Positions 31,770-41,662 of a stretch of 64,000 nt of DNA are shown here, in pieces. Numbering within the stretch: position 1 is the stretch's first letter; each line of letters starts with the position of its first letter. The translations under genes and the position numbers were made by a program. The DNA is taken from positions 74,390 to 138,389 of the forward strand of contig JACQHR010000032.1 of the NCBI GenBank assembly GCA_016198905.1. The letters run 5' to 3'. The notes under the pieces are model-generated. The model was not told where the DNA came from and searched no databases. It saw only the letters and a program-made list of their open reading frames with translations. The stretch is from Candidatus Omnitrophota bacterium. Its GTDB lineage: Bacteria > Omnitrophota > Gorgyraeia > Aquiviventales > Aquiviventaceae.

Positions 31770-33872
31770 ATGAGGATGAGCGGCGCAAGGGTGGCGGTGG
31801 GGATCGTGATGGCGCTGACCATGATGTGCGGGATCTGCCTGGTGTCCGACGTGCGGGCAGGAGAGAGTCGCGCGCGAGGACGGTGGCAGATGCCGGATGT
31901 GGTTCTGGATGATGGAGACCTCGCGGCACCTCAACCGATTTTGGAGATCCATCTGAAGTATCGCGCGGAAGACACACCGGTGTTGCACATCAAGCGGATG
32001 GCGATCAAGCGCGGGTACGCCCCACAGGTCGAGCCGCTCGAGAGCGGCTACGCGCTCTCGCTGCACGCTGCCGACGGGAGCGTGCTCTCGAGCCTGACGT
32101 TCCAGATTCCCAATCGGGTGTTCGATCCGCCGCCGGAATCCGGGACGTTTGCGGATGGCGCGCCGGTCATCCTGCGCGCGATGGAGTTTTCGCTGACGGT
32201 GCCTTGGATCGCCGAGGCCATCGAGCTGCGTATCGCCGATCCGGAGGGGCAGGTCATCATCACCGAGTCGCTGCAGGGCATTCCCGTGAAAGCCGCTCGC
32301 CCGAACTTTCATTCCATCCGGCACGCGCCTGCGCCGCGGACGCCAAACGCCGTTCCCTCGCTGCCGAAGAAGCACGATCGTGGAGCTTCGCTGTTTGATT
32401 GGTTGATGGAGACGGCGGAGGCGGCGACGACGGATGGCACGGCGCTGGACATCACGTTCGTCGGCGATAAGTACACGGCGACCGATCTGCCGATTTTTCA
32501 ACAGGATGTCGATCGTGCGATCGCGCACCTCATCACGTACGAGCCGTACGCCTCGCGGGCGGATCAGGTCTTCTTCCACCGCGTGGATAACGCGACGGTC
32601 GATTTAGGCTGTCTTCACAGCGCGACGACGAATCGGCTCATCACCTGCAATACCTCGACGGTGACGACGGTGGTCAACGACGCCGGATCTCCGTATGATA
32701 AGATCATCGTGCTGGTGAACGATGGCGCGTACGGCGGATCGGGCGGATCGATTGCGGTCTCCTACAACGGCGGCAGCATGCCGGAAGTGGTGACCCACGA
32801 GTTCGGCCATACCCTTGGTGGATTACTGGACGAGTACAATCTGTACTCCACGAATGGCACCACAAGCAGCCAGACGTACGCGAACTGCTTTGCCGGCACG
32901 CCGCCCGCGGCGGACTGGAACGGTCTTGTAGACCCGAGTGCGTATGCGACGGGGTGCAAGTATCCGAATTGGTTTCGCTCCTCCCCATGCAGTATCATGT
33001 TGAGCCTCGGCTGCCCGTACTTTAATGCGGTGTCGCAGCGGCAGCTCAACGCGAAGCTCGACCTGTTCGCAGGCCGCACAGTCCCCACGGTGACGTTGAC
33101 GGCATCCCCATCGATGATCGGCCTGAGCGGTGCGGCCACGCTGACGTGGTCGGCGAGCCACGTGACCGAATGTCATGCCACGGATGGATGGAGCGGGACG
33201 CAGCCTTTGAGCGGATCCCAGACGGTCACGCTGAGTGCTACGACGAAATTCGGACTCACTTGCAGCAACGCGCTCGGCTCAGCCTCGCAGCAAGTGACCG
33301 TGACCGTGGATGCGCAAGCGCCGAGTGTCGCCATCAGCGCTCCGGCCAATGGGGCGACGATACAAGGCACAGTTACCGTTGCCGCAACCGCCACGGATAA
33401 TCGCGGGGTGGACCGTGTGGACTTTTATCGTGACGGCGGGCTGATCGGCTCGGATAACAACGCGCCGTTTAGCCTGCTCTGGGATACGACGCAGGACGCG
33501 GTGGGCAGCCACGCCTTAGTCGCGCAGGCCACCGACGTGGCGGGCAATGTGGCCGCATCGGCACCGACGACGGTGACGGTCCAGCGCAACAGCGATACAG
33601 AAGCCCCGCAAGTGACCATCCTGACGCCGATCGACGGCAGCGTCGTGTCCAGTGTGATCAAGGTGTCCTCGAGGGCGACGGATAACGTCAAGGTCGTGCG
33701 GTTGGAGCTCTACATTGACGGGGTGCTAAGAACTTCTCGCACGAAAGGCGTCCTTAACATAACATGGAATGTCAGAAGCCATTTAGTAGCTCCCGGTCCG
33801 CACACGATTACGGCGTTGGCTACCGATGCGGCGGGCAACGTTGGACAGACGATGGTCACCATCATCAAATAA
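31770..33872 (+). CDS. Secreted peptidase-M64-like metalloprotein with tandem C-terminal Ig-like domains
   Basis: Signal peptide MRMSGARVAVGIVMALTMMCGICLVSDVRA. VTHEFGHTLGGLLDEY (HExxH...DEY, M64-type). Repeated Ig-like modules (..ISAPANGATIQGTVTVAATATDNRGVDRVDFY.. and ..ILTPIDGSVVSSVIKVSSRATDNVKVVRLELY..). Confidence 0.7.
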   Translation: MRMSGARVAVGIVMALTMMCGICLVSDVRAGESRARGRWQMPDVVLDDGDLAAPQPILEIHLKYRAEDTPVLHIKRMAIKRGYAPQVEPLESGYALSLHAADGSVLSSLTFQIPNRVFDPPPESGTFADGAPVILRAMEFSLTVPWIAEAIELRIADPEGQVIITESLQGIPVKAARPNFHSIRHAPAPRTPNAVPSLPKKHDRGASLFDWLMETAEAATTDGTALDITFVGDKYTATDLPIFQQDVDRAIAHLITYEPYASRADQVFFHRVDNATVDLGCLHSATTNRLITCNTSTVTTVVNDAGSPYDKIIVLVNDGAYGGSGGSIAVSYNGGSMPEVVTHEFGHTLGGLLDEYNLYSTNGTTSSQTYANCFAGTPPAADWNGLVDPSAYATGCKYPNWFRSSPCSIMLSLGCPYFNAVSQRQLNAKLDLFAGRTVPTVTLTASPSMIGLSGAATLTWSASHVTECHATDGWSGTQPLSGSQTVTLSATTKFGLTCSNALGSASQQVTVTVDAQAPSVAISAPANGATIQGTVTVAATATDNRGVDRVDFYRDGGLIGSDNNAPFSLLWDTTQDAVGSHALVAQATDVAGNVAASAPTTVTVQRNSDTEAPQVTILTPIDGSVVSSVIKVSSRATDNVKVVRLELYIDGVLRTSRTKGVLNITWNVRSHLVAPGPHTITALATDAAGNVGQTMVTIIK

Positions 33873-33885
33873 TGATTCTGGGGAC

Positions 33886-34353
33886 ATGATCCACCGTATC
33901 AGTCGAGTGATTGCAACAGCCTGCGGCGTGGGGTATGCGCCGCAGGCTCCTGGAACGGTGGCCAGCCTCCTGGCGCTGCTGCTGTGGTACTGGCTGCAGC
34001 CCTCCGTGTGGATCCAGGGCATCGCAGCCGTTTTCGTGATGCTCATCGGGGGCTGGGCTGCGGGAGACTGCGCCAAACAGCAGCATGACCCGGATCCTTC
34101 CTGCGTCGTGGTTGATGAGGTGGCCGGCATGTGGCTTGCCCTCATCGGCCTTCCCAGGCATCTCGTGATTGTCCTAATCGCGTTCATCTTGTTCCGTGCC
34201 CTGGATATCATCAAAATCCCACCGATCAGACAGCTCGAACGCCTCCCAGGCGGGCTTGGGATTATGTTGGACGATGTCGCCGCTGGATTGTGCGCTCGAA
34301 GCTTGGTTGCCGTTCTCATGCCCGTCATTCTCAGCTCACCCGCAATACGTTAA
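33886..34353 (+). CDS. pgpA: Phosphatidylglycerophosphatase A
   Basis: GVGYAPQAPGTVASL, VVVDEVAGMW, FRALDIIKIPPIRQLERLPGGLGIMLDDVAAG. Confidence 0.85.
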   Translation: MIHRISRVIATACGVGYAPQAPGTVASLLALLLWYWLQPSVWIQGIAAVFVMLIGGWAAGDCAKQQHDPDPSCVVVDEVAGMWLALIGLPRHLVIVLIAFILFRALDIIKIPPIRQLERLPGGLGIMLDDVAAGLCARSLVAVLMPVILSSPAIR

Positions 34354-34576
34354 GTCCTACCAGCAAAGTCTAAACCGAGTCGCTCCAATTCACCGTTCCA
34401 ACAAAAGAGCGCGCACCACAACAACCTGTTGCGACAAGCCTACGCTTTCCACATCGTAAACGGGTTGCGAGGCATTCTTAAAAATACGCAGGCGCACCAA
34501 GAGCATAAAAACTCCGTAACCTATTGAAAATACAGTAGATAGTTGAAAGTGAGAAATCGGTGGTCAGTTGTCAGTC

Positions 34577-34592
34577 TGGCACAGGACATGCT
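34577..34592 (+). promoter_or_regulatory. Sigma-54 (-24/-12) promoter candidate
   Basis: TGGCACaggacATGCT has GG and GC with canonical spacing (consensus TGGCAC-N5-TTGCW). It lies in an AT-rich 300-nt intergenic region, 69 nt upstream of ATG 34661. Confidence 0.65.
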
Positions 34593-34660
34593 TATTAAGT
34601 TACATGTTCGGTGGGAACTTTCATTAAAGACTGATTAAAAGAGTAGAGATAAGTGAGGAT

Positions 34661-35362
34661 ATGAGTGTCTTGGTGGCAAGGTTGATGAGCGTGAGAGAAG
34701 AGCTTGCACTTGAGCTACAACGCTTCACGCTGCTGTGGCGCTATCAGCACCACGTGCCCCCATTTACGCTGTGGTGGCGCTTGGTGCTCAAGCGCATCTT
34801 TGATGCCGCCTCAGCGCTTGTTGGTGTGCTCCTTGTCAGCCCGGTCATGGCTCTGATCGCGCTGGCGGTCAAATTGGAATCTAAGGGTGCTGTGATTTAT
34901 GCGCAAGAACGCGTCGGGCGGTTTGGCCAGACGTTCAAGATGTACAAATTTCGCTCCATGCGCATCGATGCCGAATTGAGCGGCCCTGTGTGGGCATCGG
35001 CCGAGCATGATCCTCGCCTCACGCGCCTCGGCGGCTTCCTTCGCCACACGCATCTCGATGAACTTCCCCAACTCTTCAACGTCATCAAAGGCGACATGAG
35101 CTTGGTAGGGCCGCGTCCTGAGCGGCCCTATTTTGTTGAGTCGCTCAACCGAGAGATTGCTCGCTACGACGAGCGGCTCCTGATCAAGCCGGGCATGACA
35201 GGCCTCGCCCAGGTCCACTATCGCTACGACCAAACGATCGCAGACGTCGAGAAGAAGCTTCGCTACGACTTGCTCTACGTCAAGCGCATGTGCCTCATGC
35301 TGGACGCGCGAATTCTCGCGTGGACATTGCTCGTGGTGGTGAGTGGACGAGGCATTCGGTAA
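34661..35362 (+). CDS. Polyprenyl-phosphate sugar-1-phosphate transferase (bacterial sugar transferase, EpsL/WbaP C-domain type)
   Basis: KRIFDAASALVGVLLVSPV, YKFRSM, DELPQLFNVIKGDMSLVGPRPERP. Confidence 0.9.
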   Translation: MSVLVARLMSVREELALELQRFTLLWRYQHHVPPFTLWWRLVLKRIFDAASALVGVLLVSPVMALIALAVKLESKGAVIYAQERVGRFGQTFKMYKFRSMRIDAELSGPVWASAEHDPRLTRLGGFLRHTHLDELPQLFNVIKGDMSLVGPRPERPYFVESLNREIARYDERLLIKPGMTGLAQVHYRYDQTIADVEKKLRYDLLYVKRMCLMLDARILAWTLLVVVSGRGIR

Positions 35363-35413
35363 ATGTGGAAACAAGGGTTGGTGAGTTTCATGTCACAACA
35401 CAAGGAGGGGTTG

Positions 35414-36343
35414 ATGAAGCGGTACGCAGTAGCAGTGATTGGAATCCTGCTGAGCCTCGGAGTCGTGGCGACTCCAGCGTCAGCAGCGGTTTTTGTCGCC
35501 GGTGCGGACAACCAGGTTTTCTTCGTGAACTTCGAGAACCTCTATGACTCCACAGGAAAGTGGCTCAACCCGTTTACGGCACCTGTCCCGGGACAGATCT
35601 TGTCCGGGATCATTGGGTTGAACGGTCTTCGTGTCAACAATGTCGACTCCGACTTCGATGACACGACGTTTCAGTTGAGCGGTGTCTTCGCGCAGGAAAT
35701 CGTGTCGATTGACGCCATGACTGGCACGTTAACACTTGGCGTTCCGACAGTGACCACCTACTACAAGGACTTGGACTTGAGTGGTGGGATCACCGCAGGG
35801 GATGACGTGTATAGCACGGGTCTTGCTCCGGGGTCTGAAATGTTCGCCTTCTACCTGCAGCAGAGCCCGGATCCTGTTACCACACTCGAATCCGACGGTA
35901 CGATGCTGGACGACGTGACCAAGGCGACGGACGGTAGCCTATTCCTGACCCTCGGATTCACCGACCCAGGTGCTGGTGTGGACCCTGGATACGCGTTCAC
36001 GGCCTTATTTCCGCCTCCCCTGTTTCCGGCCGGGCTGTCTTTTGCCGGTTTGAACTTGATCCAGAACAACTCAGGGTTCACCTTTGCGGGACTGGACAAC
36101 CCATTTGAGAACGTCTTCAATGGGACCCTTCAGCAGGTTGTGTACCAGACGTCATTTAACCTGAACCCGCCTGGTTTGAACAACCCGAATCCTGATCCAG
36201 GAACTTCGCCCTGGGAGTTCATCAGCAATGACCCGGCACTGATCCACCCTGACACTGTCATTCCTGAGCCGTCCTCGATGTGGTTGCTCGGGATGGGTCT
36301 GGGTAGCTTCGGCGTGTTCCGCCGCAAGAAGTTCTTGGTGTAA
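35414..36343 (+). CDS. PEP-CTERM sorting-domain secreted protein
   Basis: AAGGAGGGG RBS. Signal peptide MKRYAVAVIGILLSLGVVATPASA. C-terminus VIPEPSSMWLLGMGLGSFGVFRRKKFLV (PEP motif + TM + basic tail). Confidence 0.9.
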   Translation: MKRYAVAVIGILLSLGVVATPASAAVFVAGADNQVFFVNFENLYDSTGKWLNPFTAPVPGQILSGIIGLNGLRVNNVDSDFDDTTFQLSGVFAQEIVSIDAMTGTLTLGVPTVTTYYKDLDLSGGITAGDDVYSTGLAPGSEMFAFYLQQSPDPVTTLESDGTMLDDVTKATDGSLFLTLGFTDPGAGVDPGYAFTALFPPPLFPAGLSFAGLNLIQNNSGFTFAGLDNPFENVFNGTLQQVVYQTSFNLNPPGLNNPNPDPGTSPWEFISNDPALIHPDTVIPEPSSMWLLGMGLGSFGVFRRKKFLV

Positions 36344-36377
36344 GACCGTTCGACAAGTGCTTCACCAACCCCTCAAC

Positions 36378-36417
36378 AACACCGCCTCTCTGGGCAGAGA
36401 GGCGGTGTTGTTTGTGT
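36378..36417 (+). terminator. Rho-independent terminator
   Basis: 14-bp perfect stem AACACCGCCTCTCT / AGAGAGGCGGTGTT, GGGC loop, then GTTTGTGTG. Confidence 0.7.
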
Positions 36418-36631
36418 GCCCAGCATGTGGACATGACGAGGAGGTGCAAGTCCTCTGAGGGAGCAGGTCGCAGCGACCTCAAGCGAACCGCAAGGCGACG
36501 ACCGTGAGGTCGGCGCTGAAAGAAGCGGGGAGCGAAGCCGCGCGTCGACGAACAGGAACCGGATACGAGGCGAAGCCGGCCAGCGAATTCTGGGGACAAT
36601 ACGGAATTCTGTTTTGGGGCGGTCGCTTGAG

Positions 36632-37192
36632 CTAGGGACGTGAACGGAAACAGGCGTTGAGGAAGTCCAACAGCTCCGGCTGAGCGAAGGCCTTCGACAA
36701 CTCGCGGACAGTGCGCGTGAGATATCGGCGGTCAAGCCGCGGTCCCTGGTGGCGGACAACCGCTCGCACGTCTTCGCGGTCTTTGGGGCGATTGGAAATG
36801 ATCTTATGGATGATGAGATCCTCGGGGCGGCAGACGCGTACCTGGTGACCGGCGACCTGCTCGAGGGTCGCGCGGGCAATGGCTTTGTGTTCGTAGGGCA
36901 GTGTCGCCCATACCAAGTCGATGCGCACGCCCCCGCGGGTTTCCACTGGCAAGACGTGAGTATCACGAAGGAAGTCGAGCGGCTTCCGAGGAACGATGCG
37001 GAACGCCCGGCGGAGGTCCTGGATCAACGCCGGCCACGCCGTCTCCTCCACTAGCAGGGCAGCATCGACGTCCAGCGTCGCTCGCGGCTCACCCCACACC
37101 AGATTGGCAACGCCCCCGATCACCATGTAGGGCACGCGGTGCTCTTCGAGGAATCTCGCGAGCGCACCCACCGCCTGCTCCAGGGCATTCAT
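36632..37192 (-). CDS. Nucleotidyltransferase-fold protein (putative toxin partner of the RHH protein)
   Basis: YMVIGGVANLVWGEPRATLDVDAALLV fits the minimal NTase pattern G[GS]-x9-13-DxD. ATGA overlap with the upstream RHH gene. Confidence 0.55.
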   Translation of the reverse strand: MNALEQAVGALARFLEEHRVPYMVIGGVANLVWGEPRATLDVDAALLVEETAWPALIQDLRRAFRIVPRKPLDFLRDTHVLPVETRGGVRIDLVWATLPYEHKAIARATLEQVAGHQVRVCRPEDLIIHKIISNRPKDREDVRAVVRHQGPRLDRRYLTRTVRELSKAFAQPELLDFLNACFRSRP

Positions 37193-37491
37193 AGATCGAG
37201 GCCTTGAAGGCGCTCGTGGGTCTTCCGTACACCCCTGAACATCCGGCGGAGCTCGGCTTCGGTGGGCTGGCGGGTCGCCGCACGCTGTCGGTATACATCG
37301 GCCAGCTCCCCTACGCGCGCGAGGCGCTCAGACGCGCCTGCGGCAATCGGCCGGTCACGTTGGATGAGATACAGGCGCAGCGCCTCCCGCACCAGCTCGC
37401 TTTTGGTCCGGTGTTCCTCATCGGCCAACTGCGCCGCCAGCCGGCTCAATTCCGGTGGCATCGAGATCGTCCAGGTCCGCGTCGCCCGCAT
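37189..37491 (-). CDS. Ribbon-helix-helix (CopG-family) DNA-binding protein, putative antitoxin
   Basis: WTISMPPELSRLAAQLADEEHRTKSELVREALRLYL is an RHH pattern. Confidence 0.7.
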   Translation of the reverse strand: MRATRTWTISMPPELSRLAAQLADEEHRTKSELVREALRLYLIQRDRPIAAGASERLARVGELADVYRQRAATRQPTEAELRRMFRGVRKTHERLQGLDL

Positions 37492-37518
37492 GTACCCTCC
37501 ACCTATTGATGTATTACT

Positions 37519-37539
37519 TTATCTTACTAAGTAAGATAA
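37519..37539 (-). promoter_or_regulatory. Perfect palindrome, candidate RHH operator
   Basis: TTATCTTAC-TAA-GTAAGATAA lies 28 nt upstream of the RHH start on the minus strand, in AT-rich sequence. Confidence 0.4.
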
Positions 37540-37604
37540 CATATTTCCTCCTCCCCGTCAACGAAATCGACAGAAGGCTCAGAGGGGTGAAGGAAAAATA
37601 CAAC

Positions 37605-38948
37605 TTAGAAGAAGTAGGCGAGTTCGGTGTAGAGGCGGCTGTTGTCGTTGAAGCGGCCGAACAGCCCTGAGGAATTGCCCTGAAAGACATCCGCACCAAC
37701 CCGCACTTGCAGGCTGTTGGTGGCTTTCCAGGTGAGTTGTGGCCGGTAGAGCAGATCCTCTTTGCCAATGCCGGCGATAAGCAGGATCTCCGGCTCAAGC
37801 TTGCCATCCAGCAGGTCGGTCTTGAGCCGCATGGAGAGATGCGTGCGCAGGGCTTCCTCATTCGCCAGAAACCCCTCAAAGTTGCCGATGACGCGCTGCA
37901 TGAGCTGTACGTTGGCCTCGATGTGGCCAAACGACCGGTCCACCCCGAGCAGATAATCGACGACCGGTCGATGGACCACGCCATCAGGATCTTGCGTATC
38001 AAACGTGGAGAAAAAAGCGTGCGGGTTGACCACGAGCTCGCCCTTGAGCACAATGTCCTCCAAGTCCTTCGAGAAGCTCACTCCTAAGAAGTTCGCCCGC
38101 CGATACTCCGGGGCAAACGTGTAGACCCCGCCGTTAATCGTCCGAAAGAGCACCGGGAACTTGTCCCACGTATAAAAGTAAAATGCGCTCACATCCCACC
38201 CATCCAACAAGTAGCCGACCCGCCCCCCAACTTCGCTATTGCTGAAGCTCGCAGGCGGTTTCGAGGGATCGGTGAATGAGGCCGAGCGGCCTTCCGGGAC
38301 GGGCAGCGGGAAGACGAACTCCGAACCACTGACGCCGAGCTTGTGAAACGCGCGCACCGGCAGCCACACGAATTCACCGTGCGCGTTGCCCTCGGAGGCC
38401 TCGACATCAAGGGCCCACTGCGGGATGCGAATCAAATCAAAATCCGGCAGGACGTACTCTCGCAGATTTTTCGCGTTGACGACGTCGGCGAAAAACAAGC
38501 CCACCGCATCGCCCCACACGATCTGCTGCTTGCCAAGCCGCACATCGAAGGGGCCGTTCGAGTAGTCCAGATACGTTTCGCGGATCTCTCCGACGAGCTG
38601 TTGGCTATGCTTGGCGGGGCTCGAGAAGTTATCCGTCGCCGCGTACACCGGATCGTAGTACGCGCGCTGGGTGGCTCGGTAGCTTAACGCGTCGGTGAGA
38701 TGGCCGCGTTCGGTGAGGAGCACGCCATTTCTGGTTTTGGTGAATTCGCGTGGATGTCCGACACGGTAGGCGGTTTCTTGGAAGAGTTTGCCGCTCAGTC
38801 CCAACCGCTGTTTGATGGAGATGAGCGTCGAAGCGATTACGGCCTCGCGCGGCGATGGTGCTCTCGTCGTCTCATCCGCAGGCTCGGCAAAGGCGGCCAC
38901 TGAACCGAAGACTAACGAGCACACAAGCCACCACGGAGTCGCACACAT
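37605..38948 (-). CDS. Outer-membrane beta-barrel protein (unknown family)
   Basis: Signal peptide MCATPWWLVCSLVFGSVAAFA. Alternating-hydrophobicity strands. C-terminal ...LYTELAYFF (terminal Phe, an OMP signature). Confidence 0.6.
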   Translation of the reverse strand: MCATPWWLVCSLVFGSVAAFAEPADETTRAPSPREAVIASTLISIKQRLGLSGKLFQETAYRVGHPREFTKTRNGVLLTERGHLTDALSYRATQRAYYDPVYAATDNFSSPAKHSQQLVGEIRETYLDYSNGPFDVRLGKQQIVWGDAVGLFFADVVNAKNLREYVLPDFDLIRIPQWALDVEASEGNAHGEFVWLPVRAFHKLGVSGSEFVFPLPVPEGRSASFTDPSKPPASFSNSEVGGRVGYLLDGWDVSAFYFYTWDKFPVLFRTINGGVYTFAPEYRRANFLGVSFSKDLEDIVLKGELVVNPHAFFSTFDTQDPDGVVHRPVVDYLLGVDRSFGHIEANVQLMQRVIGNFEGFLANEEALRTHLSMRLKTDLLDGKLEPEILLIAGIGKEDLLYRPQLTWKATNSLQVRVGADVFQGNSSGLFGRFNDNSRLYTELAYFF

Positions 38949-38957
38949 GCGCCTATC

Positions 38958-39725
38958 TTACTCCATAAACTTCTTCATGTAATCCTTTGTGAAGTATTTC
39001 TCGGGCAGCGGGGTCACCGTCATCTGATCATACGTGATCGTGGAGCGCTGATCCTTCACCGTCGCGTCATGCATGACGAGTTGTGAGGGCCGCAGCATCC
39101 CGCCCAGCAGCCGGTAGTCTTCATAGGAACAGGTTTTGAGGAGGCGTCCAGACACGGCGTAAAACTCCGCGCGAGCAGGCGCAAACGTGTCGTGGTCCAC
39201 CCACAGCACGACTCGGGCATACGTGACATCCGGTGCCTTCGCTTTCAAGTCGAGCACGTCGTAGGTGCGATCCTCGAGGCGCTCTTGCTTCGTGAGCGCG
39301 GGAGTGTAGTCCCCGGAGAAATTAGCCCGCGCGATGTCGCCGTTTGCCACGTCGCCCATCAGCCGTTCACGCAACGAAATGCGCAGGGGTTTCGAAATCG
39401 TCGGGAGAAAGACCCACAGATCCTTGCCGCGCATGAGCATGACGCGCCCCGTATCGATCGGAGGGCTCAGGGTTTGCACGACGGCGCGGTCGCGCCCCTT
39501 CACGAGCACGCGGTACGTGGCCGTCGTCGACGAGCCGTGCGGCTTCACGCTCGTGATGGTCGCCATCACGATGTAGTCCATCTGGGGATTTCTCACCTCG
39601 TCGGCTTTCTCGAGAATCGCCTCAGCGGTGAGGGACGGCTCCTCGGCGGCGACGGGAGAGACGGCACGAGCGCACAGGAGCGTGATCGCGACGCTCGCGA
39701 AGAGCTCACGCATGACGCAGCGCAT
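38958..39725 (-). CDS. LolA-like outer-membrane lipoprotein-sorting / lipid-carrier protein
   Basis: Signal peptide, then ILEKADEVRNPQMDY..., LMRGKDLWVFLP and ISLRERLMG, as in the LolA-like (DUF4367/LolA_like) family. Confidence 0.6.
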   Translation of the reverse strand: MRCVMRELFASVAITLLCARAVSPVAAEEPSLTAEAILEKADEVRNPQMDYIVMATITSVKPHGSSTTATYRVLVKGRDRAVVQTLSPPIDTGRVMLMRGKDLWVFLPTISKPLRISLRERLMGDVANGDIARANFSGDYTPALTKQERLEDRTYDVLDLKAKAPDVTYARVVLWVDHDTFAPARAEFYAVSGRLLKTCSYEDYRLLGGMLRPSQLVMHDATVKDQRSTITYDQMTVTPLPEKYFTKDYMKKFME

Positions 39726-40968
39726 CGGCCACGCTCAGGCGCGAGGCCTGATAGGCCGGGAAGAACGAGGAGATGAGCGACGTGATGAGCGAGAGGACGA
39801 AGGAAAAGACGAGCACCGACGGCACGATGACCGGCTCCGAGATCCACGACATCGACGCCCCCGGCGGAGGCGGCATCGGGATGCCGACGTGCCGGATGAG
39901 CAGCGTGATCGCCGTCCCAATGGCGATCCCCAGGCACCCGCCGATCAAGCCTAACGTCGCGCCCTCCAACAGGAAGAGCTGCCACACTCCTTGGCGTGTG
40001 GTGCCCAGCGCCATGATCGTGCCGATCTCGCTCGTGCGCTCCACGACCGCCATGTTCATCGTGTTGTAGATGCTGAGGATGACAATGGTCGCGACGACCG
40101 CCTTGAGGATCAAGAACATCCGCCAGAGAAACGCCTTCGACTTGCCGTACTCGTCATTCAATTCCTGCCACGCTTTGACTTCGAGCGATAGGTGGCGTTG
40201 GACGAAGAGCTCTCTGAGGGTCAGCTTGACGCGATCGGTATCCGACGTGCGTCGGAGCATCACCACGAGCGACTGCACCGACTCGGTTTGCAGCAGCTGC
40301 TGCGTGGTGCCAAGGGGCAGACGCACGGCGTAATCGTCAAACGCTTTGGACGTGGTATAAAAGATACCCGCCACCGTCGCATCGATGGCGTTGATGGAGC
40401 CTGCAATGGTGTGCGAGACGAGGATGAGTCCATCGCCGGGTTTCGCGTCGATACCTTTGGCGAGCCCTCGGCCGAGGATGATGTGATACGGCTCATTCGC
40501 GTTGAGCGGCTCGCCGGATTCGATGATCGCGCCACCCAGTAGGGCCACGTTGCGCCCGGCCGCGGAGCGGTCGGTCAGACGGACCGAGGGCTCGTAGTCC
40601 GGCTCGACCCCCTGCCCAAAACACGAGACCGTATTCTCGCCCGTGCTCAACAGTCCGGAAAACTGCAGCCGGCGCGCAACCGAAACCACCCCAGGGACCT
40701 TCTTGACCAGCGCGATGATATCATCCGGATGATCGATGAGATAAGAGAACGGACGGGCGCTGCCTTTGTCGAAGAATCCCCGCGTGTAAATTTGTAGGTG
40801 CCCGGTGTGCGCCTTGATGTAGCTTTCCTGCATGCGGTACAGGATGTCCTCAAAGAATCCGCCGACGAAGATGATCGCCGTGCAGCCAAAGGCGATTGCC
40901 GCGAGCGTGATCACCGAGCGCGTGCGGTGCCTGAAGACGTTGCGGATCGCCAGACGCAGGGTGATCAT
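39706..40968 (-). CDS. ABC transporter permease, FtsX/MacB/LolCE type
   Basis: N-terminal TM, a ~230-aa periplasmic domain, and a C-terminal FtsX 3-TM bundle (VERTSEIGTIMALGTTRQGVWQLFLLEG). Confidence 0.85.
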   Translation of the reverse strand: MITLRLAIRNVFRHRTRSVITLAAIAFGCTAIIFVGGFFEDILYRMQESYIKAHTGHLQIYTRGFFDKGSARPFSYLIDHPDDIIALVKKVPGVVSVARRLQFSGLLSTGENTVSCFGQGVEPDYEPSVRLTDRSAAGRNVALLGGAIIESGEPLNANEPYHIILGRGLAKGIDAKPGDGLILVSHTIAGSINAIDATVAGIFYTTSKAFDDYAVRLPLGTTQQLLQTESVQSLVVMLRRTSDTDRVKLTLRELFVQRHLSLEVKAWQELNDEYGKSKAFLWRMFLILKAVVATIVILSIYNTMNMAVVERTSEIGTIMALGTTRQGVWQLFLLEGATLGLIGGCLGIAIGTAITLLIRHVGIPMPPPPGASMSWISEPVIVPSVLVFSFVLSLITSLISSFFPAYQASRLSVADALRHA

Positions 40969-41645
40969 GCGGCACGCGCGAGTTGGCCGTCGGAGAGCAT
41001 GACGATGCGGTTGGCCATCTGCATGACTTTTTGGTCATGCGTCGAGAAGATAAACGTGGTGCCTCGTTGCTGGTTGATGGATTTCATCAGCGCCAGGATG
41101 TCCTGGCCGGTCTTGTGGTCGAGGTTGGCGGTGGGTTCGTCAGCGAGAATGATCAGCGGTTGGGTCACGATGGCGCGGGCAATGGCCACGCGCTGGCGCT
41201 GGCCGCCGCTCAACTCTAAGGGTTTGTGGCGCTCGAACGTGGCAAGTCCGACGCTGGCGAGCGCTTCTTGGGCGTGTCGGCGTCGTTCGCGCGACGAGAT
41301 ATCGCGCGTCGCTAAGGGATACTCGACGTTTTCGAGTGCCGTGAGGACCGGCAACAGGTTGAAATTTTGGAAGATGAACCCAAGCTTGACGGCGCGGATG
41401 ACGGCGAGCTCATCCGAGGAGCGCGTGGCGATGTCGACCTGGTCGATTCGCACCGTGCCGGACGTTGGCATCTCGATGCAGCCGATGAGATTCAACAGCG
41501 TCGTTTTGCCACTACCTGAGGGGCCAGCAATGGCGAGAAATTCGCCGCGTTTGACGACGAGGTCCACGCCTTTCAGGGCAGGCACCCGGACCTTCCCGAG
41601 CCAGTATTCCTTGGCGGCTTGCGCGACTTCAACGAGCGGCGTCAA
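40965..41645 (-). CDS. ABC transporter ATP-binding protein, LolD/MacB type
   Basis: GPSGSGKTTLLN (Walker A), LSGGQRQRVAIARA (signature), ILADEPTANLD (Walker B). ATGA overlap with the permease gene. Confidence 0.9.
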   Translation of the reverse strand: MTPLVEVAQAAKEYWLGKVRVPALKGVDLVVKRGEFLAIAGPSGSGKTTLLNLIGCIEMPTSGTVRIDQVDIATRSSDELAVIRAVKLGFIFQNFNLLPVLTALENVEYPLATRDISSRERRRHAQEALASVGLATFERHKPLELSGGQRQRVAIARAIVTQPLIILADEPTANLDHKTGQDILALMKSINQQRGTTFIFSTHDQKVMQMANRIVMLSDGQLARAA

Positions 41646-41662
41646 CAGATTCCACCCATGTG

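Noticed and set aside
31651-31977. 108-aa minus-strand ORF overlapping the terminator and the M64-like gene start.
   Set aside because: It overlaps a plus-strand signal peptide and terminator, is Pro/Arg/Ser-rich, and has no RBS or motif.
36420-36631. A possible additional element copy or small gene between the terminator and the NTase gene (GCGAAGC/GCGAACC-like strings).
   Set aside because: There is no consistent 7-nt periodicity, no inverted arms and no convincing ORF. The same applies to 16497-16540.
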